DNA of 64,000 nucleotides from Malacoraja senta (Eukaryota): NCBI GenBank assembly GCA_038087875.1, contig JAXLNO010000313.1, positions 1 to 64,000 of the forward strand, read 5' to 3'. Shown piece by piece: positions 1 to 10,458 of this stretch (position 1 is its first letter; each line of letters starts with the position of its first letter). The notes under the pieces were generated by a model. It saw only the letters and a program-made list of their open reading frames with translations, ran no database searches and was not told where the DNA came from. The position numbers and the translations under genes were made by a program.

Positions 1-1661
1 TGTTGCCCGTCTGGTTCCCATTAAATCTTCCCCCCTTCACGGCTCTATCTACTCCCTCCGTCCCTCCACCCCCACGTCCCGCCAACGCCCCACCCCAGCA
101 TAAACCCCTCCGCCGCACTGTATTTGGTCCCCCTCCCGACTCTGTGATCAAACTCAGTACAAATGCATTGTTGGGGGCAGCCTGTTCAATGAAGCACAGC
201 GTCACGTAAAAGGAAGCACAACTGGCGACATTGTCTGGACAGGACACACCGAGAGTTCTTGAAGGTCACTCTCCTAGGGACTGGGTGCTGCACGGCCGTG
301 TCGATCTTCACTCCCCCTGTCGCCCCCTCAACCCCCCCCCACCCATGTCTCTCAATGTCGCGGACTCTCCTGTCCTCCCAATCCCATCCCCGACACTTTG
401 AGTCCCCTCCCCACCATATTTGCTCCTCCCGCCACTTTTTCACTCCCCGCTCCAACCGCTCATCTTCAATCCCCTCACCCCCACCTCTGTCGCAATCGTC
501 CTCTCCCTTCCTCACTGTTCCCCTTTGCTGGGGGTGCTAATTTTGCTAATTTCCCCCTGTACAGCGCCCAGTAATGAGAACCCACCACATCCAGGTGGAA
601 ACACGTCCTTCGGTCCAATTTGCTCATGCAGAACAAGATTGCCCATCTGCTTGCGTTTGACCCATATCTTCCCTAAACAATCATACCCATGTTTCTGTTA
701 GATGTTTTTTAAACTTTGCGATAATACCGGCCTCAACTACCTCCACTGGCAGCTCATTCCATACACCCACCACCCTCTGTGTAAAAAACGTTGGCCATCA
801 GGTTCACATTAAATCTTCCCCTCTTCACGGCTCAATCCATTCCGTTCGTCTCCCGCACCCCGCGCCCTACCCACCCCACCCCACCCCCCTCCCCCCACCT
901 GAACCCCTCCCCCCCCGCCGCACTGCATTTGGTACCCATCCTGACTCGGTGATCAAAGTCGGTGCAAATGCATTGTTGGGGGCAGCGTGTTCAATAAAGT
1001 TCAGCGTCAGGTAGAAAGAAGCACAACTGGCGACATTGTCTGGACGGGACACACCGGGCACAGCACAGTGAACACAGCTGACACTCCCTGTGTTCACAGC
1101 ACGGGTGGTGGTGGTGCTGGCGGTGGGGGGCGTGGGCGGTGTGGGGGTGCGGTAGGGTGGGGGTTGGGGTGGGGTGAACATATATGAATTCATTTTGAAG
1201 ATGATATCCAGAACCCACCTGCATTTCCTCCCGTTCCAGGGAGGGGTAAGTCCTTCAACCGCGGACGAGTGAAGTAATTTTGAAGGTAACTCTCCGCAGG
1301 ATTGGGTGCCGCACGGCCGGGTCTTTCCTCACTCCCCCTTGCCGCTCCCCCTCAATTCCCCCCTCGCATGTTCCTACACGACCCCCGGCCTCTCTCACTC
1401 CCGCGGACCTTCCTGTTTCCCAATCCCATCCCCGAATCGTTCAGTCCCCTTCCCACCAATAGTTGCCCCCCGCCTCTTTTCCACTCCCCCTCTAACTGGT
1501 TATATTTTATCCCCTCAACCCACGGCTCTATCCACTCCGTCCGTCTCCGTTCACAGTGCGGGATGTGGTGGTGGTGGTGGGGCGCCCGGTTGTCAACAAA
1601 TAAGAGTTAGTTTACAAGCTGGTGTCCAGAACCGCCAGCAATTGCTCCCACTCCAGGGAGG

Positions 1662-2036
1662 GTAAGTCCAGCCTCCCCGGTCGAGCGAAGTAATGTTGAA
1701 GGTAACTCTCCGCAGGACTGGGTACCGTACGGCCGTGTCTTACTTCACTCCCCCTGCCGCCCTACCTCAACAACCCCCTTCCCATGCCCCTACCCGTCTC
1801 CCCCGACTCTGACTCTCTCTCTCACTCTCGCGGGCCCGCATGTCTCCCAATCCCATCCCCGACTCTTTCAGTCCACCCCCCACCAATAGATGACTCAACG
1901 CCTATTTTTAACTGCCCCCTCCAACCGCTTCTCTGCTATTCCCTCACCCCCACCTCTCTCGCAAACCTCCCATCTTCCATTCCTCTCGGCTCCGCTTTGC
2001 TGGGGGGTGATCACCACCTTAATGTCCCCCCTACAG
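1662..2036 (+). other. Putative 5'-UTR intron of the rapunzel-like gene
   Basis: Consensus donor GAGG|GTAAGT at 1662, C-rich body, branch-like CCTTAAT near 2020, acceptor cccctacAG 36 nt before the ATG. Confidence 0.55.
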
Positions 2037-2072
2037 CGCCCAGTAAAGAGAACGCATCATATCCACGACATC

Positions 2073-3224
2073 ATGGGCGATGCCATTGAGCTGACGAGTG
2101 CTATGGCCGATATGGGGGCGGCAATGGAGGTGTTTGCCAGCCTAGAGAAGTTTGCCTCGATGGCCGGAGTACTCGGGCCCATCGCCGGCGTGGCCGGACT
2201 GCTCCTCGGACTGGCCATGGGTGGCCAGGACAGTGAGGAGTTAGCTTACATGAAGGAACAGTTCACGGCAGTCAGGAACAAGCTGGACGTGATCTCGGAT
2301 GAACTGGGAAACGTGCTGCGACAGGTGGAGAAAAGCACGTCGAGCAGCTTGTACTTCCCGACGGAGATGAATCTGAAAAACCAGTTCAGAAAGTACATGG
2401 AGATCATCAGTGCCAGATCCGATTGCAAGGATTTGGAGAAAGACGAATTCCTGACTCACTTCAACAGCACCAACGGCGACCAGAACCTTCACACCCTCTA
2501 CGAAGGGATCATGGGCTCTAACTTCCTGTTCGGGGTCCCTATCCTGGAGACAGCCATGTCCTACAGCCAGAAGAACCGGCGGGTGATGGAGCAGATGTGC
2601 GCCCGGCTGAAGACGCTCTTCTGCATCGGCCTAGTCGCCCTCCTGGGTCAGACCACCATCACGGGTAACGACGTAGACAGTATCAAGAAGGAGTGGGATG
2701 AGAAAATAAGCAAGGTGGAGAAGAAGATGAAGACCATGGTGGATCGCTGCGTCGCCGAGTTTCTGGAGCAGGCAAAGATCGACGTGGAGGCGATGATCAA
2801 AGCCAATAAAGAAACCTCTCACACGGCACAAGTCATGGCATATCACACTGAGCTGGCAAAGAAATACGACTGGCTTCGTTGGTCGGTGGTTGTGTACGAC
2901 GAGGTGGGCGGCTACGAAAATCACAACACAAAGGGTGAAAACTTTTTCTACTTCTACCGAACCAACGGCATCAACTGTGTCATCTCCTACAGCAAGGCCG
3001 AAACCAAAGTTGATCGTAACACGGTACTGATGTACATGGATAAAAAATTCAATGATTGCCATAATGCCACGGAAGTGGTGACATTCCTCAAAAGTAAACT
3101 GCCCGGGCACTTGGTCCAGGCTATCCGCCGGTACAAAGGGGTCCAATGCATGTATAACTTCCCATGGGAAAGCTACTTCTGGAAATGCTACAACGGAGTC
3201 ACTCTCTGTGTGCACACAGAGTGA
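2073..3224 (+). CDS. Rapunzel-like protein with C-terminal extension, 383 aa, single coding exon
   Basis: Intact ORF from ATG 2073 (acATCATGG context). Motifs DSEELAYMKEQFTAVRNKLDVIS, YFPTEMNLKNQFRKYMEI, GDQNLHTLYEGIMG, NRRVMEQMCARLKTLFCIGLVALLG match my recollection of the fish rapunzel (rpz) family. Most of the 61 upstream codons in the ORF track cross a pyrimidine tract and acceptor (tacAG 2035-2036) and are treated as intron/UTR. Confidence 0.85.
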   Translation: MGDAIELTSAMADMGAAMEVFASLEKFASMAGVLGPIAGVAGLLLGLAMGGQDSEELAYMKEQFTAVRNKLDVISDELGNVLRQVEKSTSSSLYFPTEMNLKNQFRKYMEIISARSDCKDLEKDEFLTHFNSTNGDQNLHTLYEGIMGSNFLFGVPILETAMSYSQKNRRVMEQMCARLKTLFCIGLVALLGQTTITGNDVDSIKKEWDEKISKVEKKMKTMVDRCVAEFLEQAKIDVEAMIKANKETSHTAQVMAYHTELAKKYDWLRWSVVVYDEVGGYENHNTKGENFFYFYRTNGINCVISYSKAETKVDRNTVLMYMDKKFNDCHNATEVVTFLKSKLPGHLVQAIRRYKGVQCMYNFPWESYFWKCYNGVTLCVHTE

Positions 3225-3443
3225 TCCATTAACGGACGGTCCACACCCACTGACCCATTACCTTGGTCCCAACAGTCCGCCCCGCCAGAGCTCCGCGTAG
3301 ACGGCCTGTCCCTCTCAAAGTGAGCGCTGAGTTTCTTCGCGATGCACCGCGCTTCTATTACCCGACGGAAATCCCGTGTTTACCCGCTGCATGTTGCTAA
3401 AAGCCGAATATAGAGCTTTGTGTCAGGGTGTGGAGCCGTGCTG

Positions 3444-3449
3444 AATAAA
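3444..3449 (+). terminator. Polyadenylation signal AATAAA
   Basis: AATAAA 220 nt after the stop, followed by a GT/T-rich tract (ttgtcgtctttgtccttctttctt). Confidence 0.7.
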
Positions 3450-3835
3450 CCTTCGCTGTGCAGACACTTGTCGTCTTTGTCCTTCTTTCTTCCCGACACA
3501 GGGAGCTTCATTGAACACACTGCCCCAACACTGCGCTTGCACCGAGTATGCTCACACACTCGGGAGGGACGGCACTGATGTGTCGGCGGGTAGGGGAAAC
3601 GGGGAGCGATCGAGGGCTGGTGGGTGCAACGGCAGTGACTTCACAGCAAGAAAAGGCCAGGACTGGCAGAGCGAGTGACACAAGGAGAGCTAGGGAGGGA
3701 GAACAAGTACTGGGGAGGGATGGGGAGTGGAGAGGAGGAGGTTTGCGGAGTATTGGGTGGGTGGGGCGGGGAGAAAGCTATTGGGGCAGAGAGGGGAGAA
3801 AGGGAGCTTTGGGGTGGGGGCAGGAAGTAAAAGGG

Positions 3836-4407
3836 ATGTAGAGTATTGCGTACAGTTTTGGTCTCCTAATATGAGGAAATACATTCTTGCCATAGAGGGA
3901 GTACAGAGAAGGTTCACAGACTGATTCCTAGGATATCAAGACTTTCATATGAAAAAAGGCTGGATAGACTCGGATTGTACTCTCTAGAATTTAGAAGATT
4001 GAGGGGAGATCTTATAGAATCTTACAACATTCTTAAGTGGTTGCACAGGCTAGATGCAGGAAGATTGTTCCCAATGGTGGGGAAGTCCAGAACAAGGGGG
4101 CACAGTTTAAGGATAAGGGGGAAGTATTTTAGAAACGAGATGCGGAAATTTTTTTTCACACAGAGAGTGGTGAATCTCTGGAATTCTCAGCCACAGAAGG
4201 TAGTTGAGGCAAGTTGATTGGCTATATTTAAGATGGAGTTAGATGTGGCCCTTGTAGCTAAGGGGATCAGGGGGTATGGAGAAGGCAGGTACGGGATGCT
4301 GAGTTGGATGATCAGCCATGATCATATTGAATGGCGGTGCAGGCTCGAAGGGCCGAGCGACCTACTCCTGCACATATTTTCTAAGTTTCTATATTTTTAT
4401 GTTTCTA
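3836..4407 (+). mobile_element. CR1-clade LINE 3' fragment (mirror ~22653-23225 -)
   Basis: EYCVQFWSP, YSLEFRRLRGDLIE, RTRGHSLRI, FFTQRVVNLWNS are CR1 ORF2 C-terminal motifs; TTTCTATG-like tail. Confidence 0.9.
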
Positions 4408-4974
4408 GGGGGATGGTAGAATGGGAAGCGCGGGGAAACTGGGAAGACATGAAGGGACGGAGGGAGGGTGGAAGAATGTGGGTGATGGCGAATGGGATGG
4501 GGCGGAGAGGCACACGGTGGACAGGTATGCATAGGGTTGTCGTTTCTTCATACAGAGATAATAAAGTTGAATCAAACCGTGAATCGCATGTGGTGTGAGC
4601 TGCTGATCCGCCCCACCCCCACGAGTGACGTGTATTTGGAAAAAAAAAGACAAAATACTGGAGAAACTCAGAAGTTCCGTCAGCATTTGTGGACGGAATG
4701 GACGAATGTAGTCGACAGTGAATTCCCTCCACAGATGCTGCTGGACGCGTTCAGTTCCTCCTGTTCATCTGTTTAATCGGCGAGACCAATGTCCTCCAAA
4801 GCCATATTCTGGCCACCCGCAAACTGGAGCGAGAGCACTTCATATTTCACATGAGTACCTTACAACTTGCTATGAACATTGTATTCTCTTATTTTAGGTA
4901 ACCAACTAACCTGCCAATGCTGCCCCACACCCATTTCGCCACCTCTTCTGATCCCCACCTGAACGCGCACCTCT

Positions 4975-5300
4975 GTGAAGGGCCTGGATAGAATGGATGT
5001 GGAGAAGGTGTTTCCACTAGTGGGAGAGCCGATGGCTAGAGGGTACCGCGTCCGAATAAAATGTCGTGCCTTTAGAATGGAATGAAGAGGAATGTCTTTA
5101 GTTTCCCGTGGTGAATTTGTGTAATCCATTGCCACCGTCGACTGTGCGGGCAATCAGTGGATAATTTAAGGCGGGATTAAAATATTCTTGATGAGTAAGG
5201 GGGTTAGGGAGAGAAGGCAGAAAGTAGGGTTGAGATGGAAAGATATGATTGAATGGCAGATTAGACTTATAGAGTCGTAATAGAATCTCACAGCATGGAA
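4975..5300 (+). mobile_element. Degenerate CR1 3' fragment
   Basis: gggcctggatagaatggatgtggagaagg...gtggtgaatttgtg resembles the other CR1 3' ends in the window. Confidence 0.6.
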
Positions 5301-6543
5301 ACAGATCCTTCCGCCCAACTTGATAATACTGGCCAACATGCCCTAGCTATACAAGAACGTTCAACGTACCTGCCCTCAGTTGATCCTCTAAAACCGTACT
5401 ATCCGCGTACATGTCTAAATCCATGTAAATGTCCGAACCACGTACATGTATTAAACGTTGAAATAGTATCTGTCGCAACTACCGACTCTGGCAGGTCGTT
5501 CCATACAATACCACCCTTTTTTTGAAAGCGTAATCCCTCAGGTTACTAATAATATTTCCCCCTTCACTTTAATCCTATGTCCTCTGGTTCTCGATTACCC
5601 AGATTTGGGCAAGAGACTGTATGCATCTACCCGATCTTTTCCTTTCATGATTTTATATACCTGTGTAAGGTCACCCATCATACTCCTGTGCTCAAGGAAT
5701 AGAGTCCTATCCTATACAACCGCTGCTTTTCCTCGGCCCTTCGAGGCTTGCAACATCCTCGGAAATCTTCTCTGCCCACTTTCCAATAGCATGATGCGCA
5801 AAACTGAACACGGTACTCCAAAAGCAGCTTAACCAACGTATTATACAACTGCAACATGACATCCCAACTGTTATACTCAATACTCTGACTGTTCAATACC
5901 AATATGCCAAAAGCTTTTTTTAAGTACAATATCTAAGTGTGATGGCACTTTCAACCAACTGGGTACCTCTATTCCAAGATGCCCGTGCTCTACACCACTC
6001 CCCAGAGCCCCACTGTTCACTGTGTAGGTCGTGCCCATGTAATGCAACGCCTCACATTTCTCTGTATTAAATTCCAACACCATCCCTCAGCCCACTTGGC
6101 GAAGCGATCAATATCCTGTTGCAATATTTGACAGCTATCTTCACTATCTACAATACAACCCACTTTAGTGTCACCTGCAAACTTTCTAATCATGCCATGT
6201 ACATTCTCATTTATATTTGATATAGATGGCAAACAGCAACAGGCCCGGCTACGAACCCTAAGGCTCACTACTGGTCACAGGACTCCAGTCAGAAAAGCAA
6301 CATTCCATTATCATCTGCTCCATTTCATGAAGCCATTGTTCTATCCATTGAACTATCTCTCCTTGAACCCTATGGGATCTAACTTTCCAGAGCAGCTGTC
6401 CATGTTGAACCATGACGGACGCCTTATTGAAATCCACGCATACAATGTCAACAGCTCTGTCTTCAATGACCTCCTTGGTCACACCCTCAGGAAACCCAAT
6501 CGGATTCGTGAGATATGACCACCTGCGTACAAAACCATGCTGA

Positions 6544-6644
6544 TGTGTCTGAAGAAGGGTTTCGGCCCGAAACGTTGCCTATCTCCTTCGATCCATAGAT
6601 GCTGCTGCACCCGCTGAGTTTCTCCGGCATTTTGTGTACCTTCC
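6544..6644 (+). mobile_element. 101-bp insertion with 12-bp target-site duplication and minimal hammerhead-like motif (Penelope-type terminus); mirror ~20416-20517
   Basis: AAACCATGCTGA flanks both sides (6532-6543, 6645-6656). Insert contains CTGAAGA-a-GGGT-ttcg-GCCC-GAAA-CGTT. Confidence 0.7.
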
Positions 6645-7173
6645 AAACCATGCTGAGATCCCTAATCAGCCTTTGTCCATCTAAATGCATGTAAAGTATA
6701 TCCTATCCATAAGAATATTCAAGTAATTTTCGGACCACAGGTATTAAGCTCACTGGCCTGTTGTTCCCAGCATTTTCCTAGTAGCCCTTCATGAATAGAC
6801 GCACATTTGCCACCTTCCAGTTTTCAACACTTCGCCTGTATTGAATGATGACTAATAACTCTCTGCCATGGCTCCCGCAATTTCCTCTCTAGCTTCCCAC
6901 AGTGTCATCGGTTATACCTGGTCATGCCGGGAGAGTTGTCTAATTTCATATGTGTCACGACCTTCAGCATCTCTGTGACCGCAATACTGACTGCTTTCAA
7001 GACACTGCCATTGACTACCGCAAGATGATCCGCGATCCTGACTATCTCCGCGGTTAAAAGGGAGCAGAAATACTAGTTTAGGACTTTGTCTATCTCCTGT
7101 GCCCTCACATAGAGTTGCCACTTTGATTCCTGCACGGTCCCACACTCTCTCTGGTTACCCTTTTCTATTTATA

Positions 7174-8614
7174 CTAGACAAAGTGTGACCTGTTGGGTCC
7201 CGTCCCCTCAACTCCCTTGCGGTGTCATTTAATATTAAAGTAATATTATTCACTGGTTCCTTTTACCCGATCCCCGCCCTATCCTCTCGCGCACAGCCCC
7301 CAACTCGCAGACGCGTCTAGAGTGTGAGAGGCAGGAGGGTTAGAGAGAGAGAGGAAAGAGAGATAGGGGGCATAGACAGAGAGGGTGGGAGAGAGACAGA
7401 GAGAAAGGGACAGAAACAGAAAGAGAGGGGGCAGAAACAGTGATAGATGCAGAGATAGAGAGATGGACACAGAGGGGAAGTGGGGAGTGAAGGGGGAGAG
7501 AGAGGGAGCGAGAGAGGGGGTTAGATAGTGTGGGGCGAGACGGGCGGAGAGGGGGGGAGAGATGGGGGAGACGGGGGGGAGATTGAGGGAAAGATGTGGA
7601 AGAGTGTGGTGAGAGAGGGCAGGGAGAGAGGGGAGAGTGGGGGGATAGAGGGCGGGGTGGGAGGGGGTGAGAGAGACGAGAGAGGGGGAGAGGGGGAAAG
7701 AGGGGAGAGAGGGAGAGAGAGGGTTGGGAGAATGTGGAAGAGGGGGGAGGGAGAGGAGAGAAGACCGGGGGGGAGAAGAGGGGAAGAGGAGGGGACGAGG
7801 AGGGGAAGAGGAGGGGAAGAGGAGGGGAGGTGCAGAAGGGGGGGACAGTACAGGGGGGGAGTGTGAGGTGGGGCAAGGGGGGATGAGGGATGGAGATAGG
7901 GGAGAGAGGAGAGGAAGAGAGGGAGAGAGAGGGAGTATAGAGGGTGGTAGAGAGGAGAGAGGTCGGGGAGGGAGAGCAGGGGACTGGATGGGGAGAGAGG
8001 AGGTGGGAGAAGAGGAGCGGGGATAAGAGGAGGAAAGGAGGAGGGAGGAGGGGGAGAGGAGGATTGGGAAGAGGAGGAGGGGGAGGGCATGGGAAGAGGG
8101 GGCGAGAGGAGGAGGGTGGGAGAAGGCCCCGACTGGGATGGTTTCGACCCGCGACGGATCTTAGCCGAGACGGACCCGACCAGAGACGGACCAGACTTGT
8201 AACGGATCCGACCCGAGACGGACCAGACCTGAGACATAACCGACCCCAGACGAACCGACCCGAGATGGACCTGAGAGCCTCCAGTACAGCGCCGACTGGC
8301 TCGTTCTTCACTCACTGGCGTGGAACGCAGTTTGTGGAACGCAGCGCGCAGATCCATTGTGACGTCATCATCGAAAGAGAGCCGGCACCGAAACGGCCGT
8401 ATCTGAAAAAATCATGCTTTAATTCTCGAGTTATTAATGAACATGTTCATCAATCTGAAAAATCTTTTAAATAAACGATTTTCAGATTTATGAACATTTT
8501 CACTAATAACTCGAGAATTGATGCATTTTTTTCAGATACTGCCGTGTTCGGAGTTCAAGGGGGAATTCTCTAACACACAAAATAAGAAAAAAATCAGAAT
8601 TTTATAAGTATAGA
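7174..8614 (-). mobile_element. Non-autonomous Helitron, both termini
   Basis: Minus strand starts A|TCTATACTTATAAAA and ends GGGACC-CAACA-GGTCAC-actttgt-CTAG|T. Inserted between A and T within CR1, no clear TSD. Confidence 0.8.
8388..8551. repeat. AT-rich imperfect hairpin (~75-bp arms) inside the Helitron; mirror ~18510-18673
   Basis: ccgaaacggccgtatctgaaaaa...aattctcgagttatta pairs with taataactcgagaatt...ttttttcagatactgccgtgttcgg. Confidence 0.9.
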
Positions 8615-10209
8615 TATACTGATAAAATGTATTGGGGTTATCCTTAACACAATCTGCCACAGCTATCTCCTTTCCCAAATTTTCCCTTCGGTTTTCTCTT
8701 TTGGTTTACACCTTTATTTCCCGAAACATCTTCATGGTTAAACGATCCCAGCTGCCTTTATCTGTCCCATGCCAGCTTTACACTCTTGACTAAAGCGTAA
8801 ATTTCTCTCTGCATACAGGCTTCTTTATGTATGCCTGGCCTTGCCCTTCACTCTAACAGGGACGTGCATGTCCTGAACTCTTGTCAGCACTTTTAACATC
8901 CCACTTTCCAGATGTTCAATTTCTTTCAAAGAACCGAACAATCAATTAGAGTGCGATCCTGAGGTAGAGACGTTCAGCTGGGGGGAGATTCTGGAAGTGT
9001 CCGCCGGAGGAGGGGGAGCGGCAGGGAATGTCGGGAGAGCCGCGAATACGGCGGGAGAGACGGGGAGAGACGGGGAGAGACGGGGAAAGACGGGGAGAGA
9101 TGGGGAGCGGTCCGAAAGTCAGTTGGCCCCGGGGGGACAGCAGCGGTTACACAATCTGTACATTATTGTTCTCTCTCTCCCGTTATCCCTCGCCTCCCAC
9201 GCTATGAACACAGGGCTGTGGCTGGTGTCGGGACGGCTATAAACCACACACCCCGCGCTGTGAACACGGTGAGAATCATCTGTATTCACGGGGCAGAGGC
9301 CCGGTGTGTCCTGTCCTGACACTGTCGCTAGTTGTGCTTACTTCTACCTGAGAGTTTCATTGAACACACTACCCCCAACACTGCCCTTGCATTCAGTTTG
9401 ATCAGATAATGGGAGCAGTGCTGCGGTGGTGGAGGAGGGAGTGGAGACGTGTAGTGAGGGGAGATACCCGGTTGTGGGGGAGGGACTGGGGAAAGTGGAC
9501 AGGCTGCGGCAGGGGAGACGCGGGGAGACCGGGGTCGACGTGGAGGGGAGGAGGATGAGTTGGGGGCAGCAGGAGGCCGGGTGAGTGGGGATGAGGCGTG
9601 TTTGTTTGGGGGGAGACTCGGGCAGTGTCCTCAGGAGCAAGGGGAGCGGCGGGACTAGCCGTGAGCGCTTCGAGTACGAGGGATAGACGGGGAGCGAGTG
9701 GAAGATTGCGGGATGGTGGGGTGGGGAGAGACGGAACAAATGCGGGCGTTGTCCCAATATCAGTTGAGTCCGTGAGATGGCAGGTTTACACAACCTGTAA
9801 CATTGTTCTCTCTGCTCTGAGCTGTGGCGAGTGTGGGGGACGGGTTGCGGGGGGATATCAGGATGACAGGGTGAGTCGTGGACAGAGAGGAGCCATGGTG
9901 CGTGCGGTAGATTCGGAGAAGTGGGGAGGGACTGGAGAGAGTGGAGTGTTGAGGTGAGCGCGCAAAGACGGGGGGGGGGGGGGGGGGGGGTGGCGGACGG
10001 AGAATGCCGGGCGTGGCATGAGACGGAGAGTGGGGCGAGACCGTTAGAGTGGCGAGAAACAAGTGGAGTGGAGGGAGATTGGAGCATCAGTGAGAGCCGT
10101 GGGGATATATGTGAGGCAGGACGTCGTCAAGTCGCTGGGACATTCACTCCTTTGCTCGTAGACAATGGTGGTCTGATTTATCCACAGGGACGCCCCTCGC
10201 TCCCCTTGA

Positions 10210-10458
10210 ACTCTCCGGGGGAGGGACCAACCACCACCTGGAGCCCCAACAATTGCAGTCGGAACCGGAGATCATCTTCAATGAAACACTTTACAATATT
10301 TACCCCAGGCGACACCAGTTTCACATGATCTGTGCATTATTTGTGTGAACCTGGTGTCGCCCGGGAGGAGATTGCAAGAGTTTATTTTGAAGATCATCTC
10401 TGGACCCCGCCTGCAATTGTTCCCGCTCTAGGATGGTGGCTACCTTCCCTCGGGGAGT
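10210..10458. repeat. Imperfect ~250-bp hairpin
   Basis: ggcgacaccagtttcaca / tgtgaacctggtgtcgcc, gagatcatcttcaa / ttgaagatcatctc and acaattgcag / ctgcaattgt pair around a loop at ~10327-10342. Confidence 0.85.

Larger units (their letters stand above)
5300..8900 (-). mobile_element. Long decayed CR1 LINE (RT region) split by a 101-bp insert and a Helitron (mirror ~18160-21760 +)
   Basis: Fragments AVDIVCVDFNKA, KFAGDTKVG, LQQDIDR, FNTEKCE, LQLYNTLV..LEYRVQF with stops and frameshifts; LINE sequence resumes across 7174-8614. Confidence 0.85.
1..10190 (+). repeat. Left arm of large inverted duplication (palindrome 1); extends past the window start
   Basis: Base 1 onward (tgttgcccgtctggttcc) is the reverse complement of sequence ending at 27450. 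ORFs pair as mirrors (1890-3224 + / 23836-25170 -; 5295-5525 + / 21535-21765 -). Homology ends at tccacaggga (10181-10190) vs tccctgtgga (16919-16928). Confidence 0.95.

Noticed and set aside
1890..2072. 61-aa N-terminal extension giving the 444-aa ORF
   Set aside because: It crosses a pyrimidine tract and splice acceptor and differs between the two copies while the downstream protein is identical; ATG 2073 has better context.
2631..3215. 194-aa antisense ORF (mirror 23845-24429)
   Set aside because: Shadow of the rapunzel-like CDS with no independent features.
8145..8275. Short GAGACGGACC(C/A)GACC repeats resembling a CRISPR or iteron array
   Set aside because: No unique spacers, no cas genes, eukaryotic context; a minisatellite inside the Helitron.
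7340..8357. Long Pro/Ser/Leu- or Gly/Arg/Glu-rich ORFs (also at 15916, 18704, 39269, 50171, 60002, 61319)
   Set aside because: Stop-poor low-complexity purine/pyrimidine tracts; not credible proteins.
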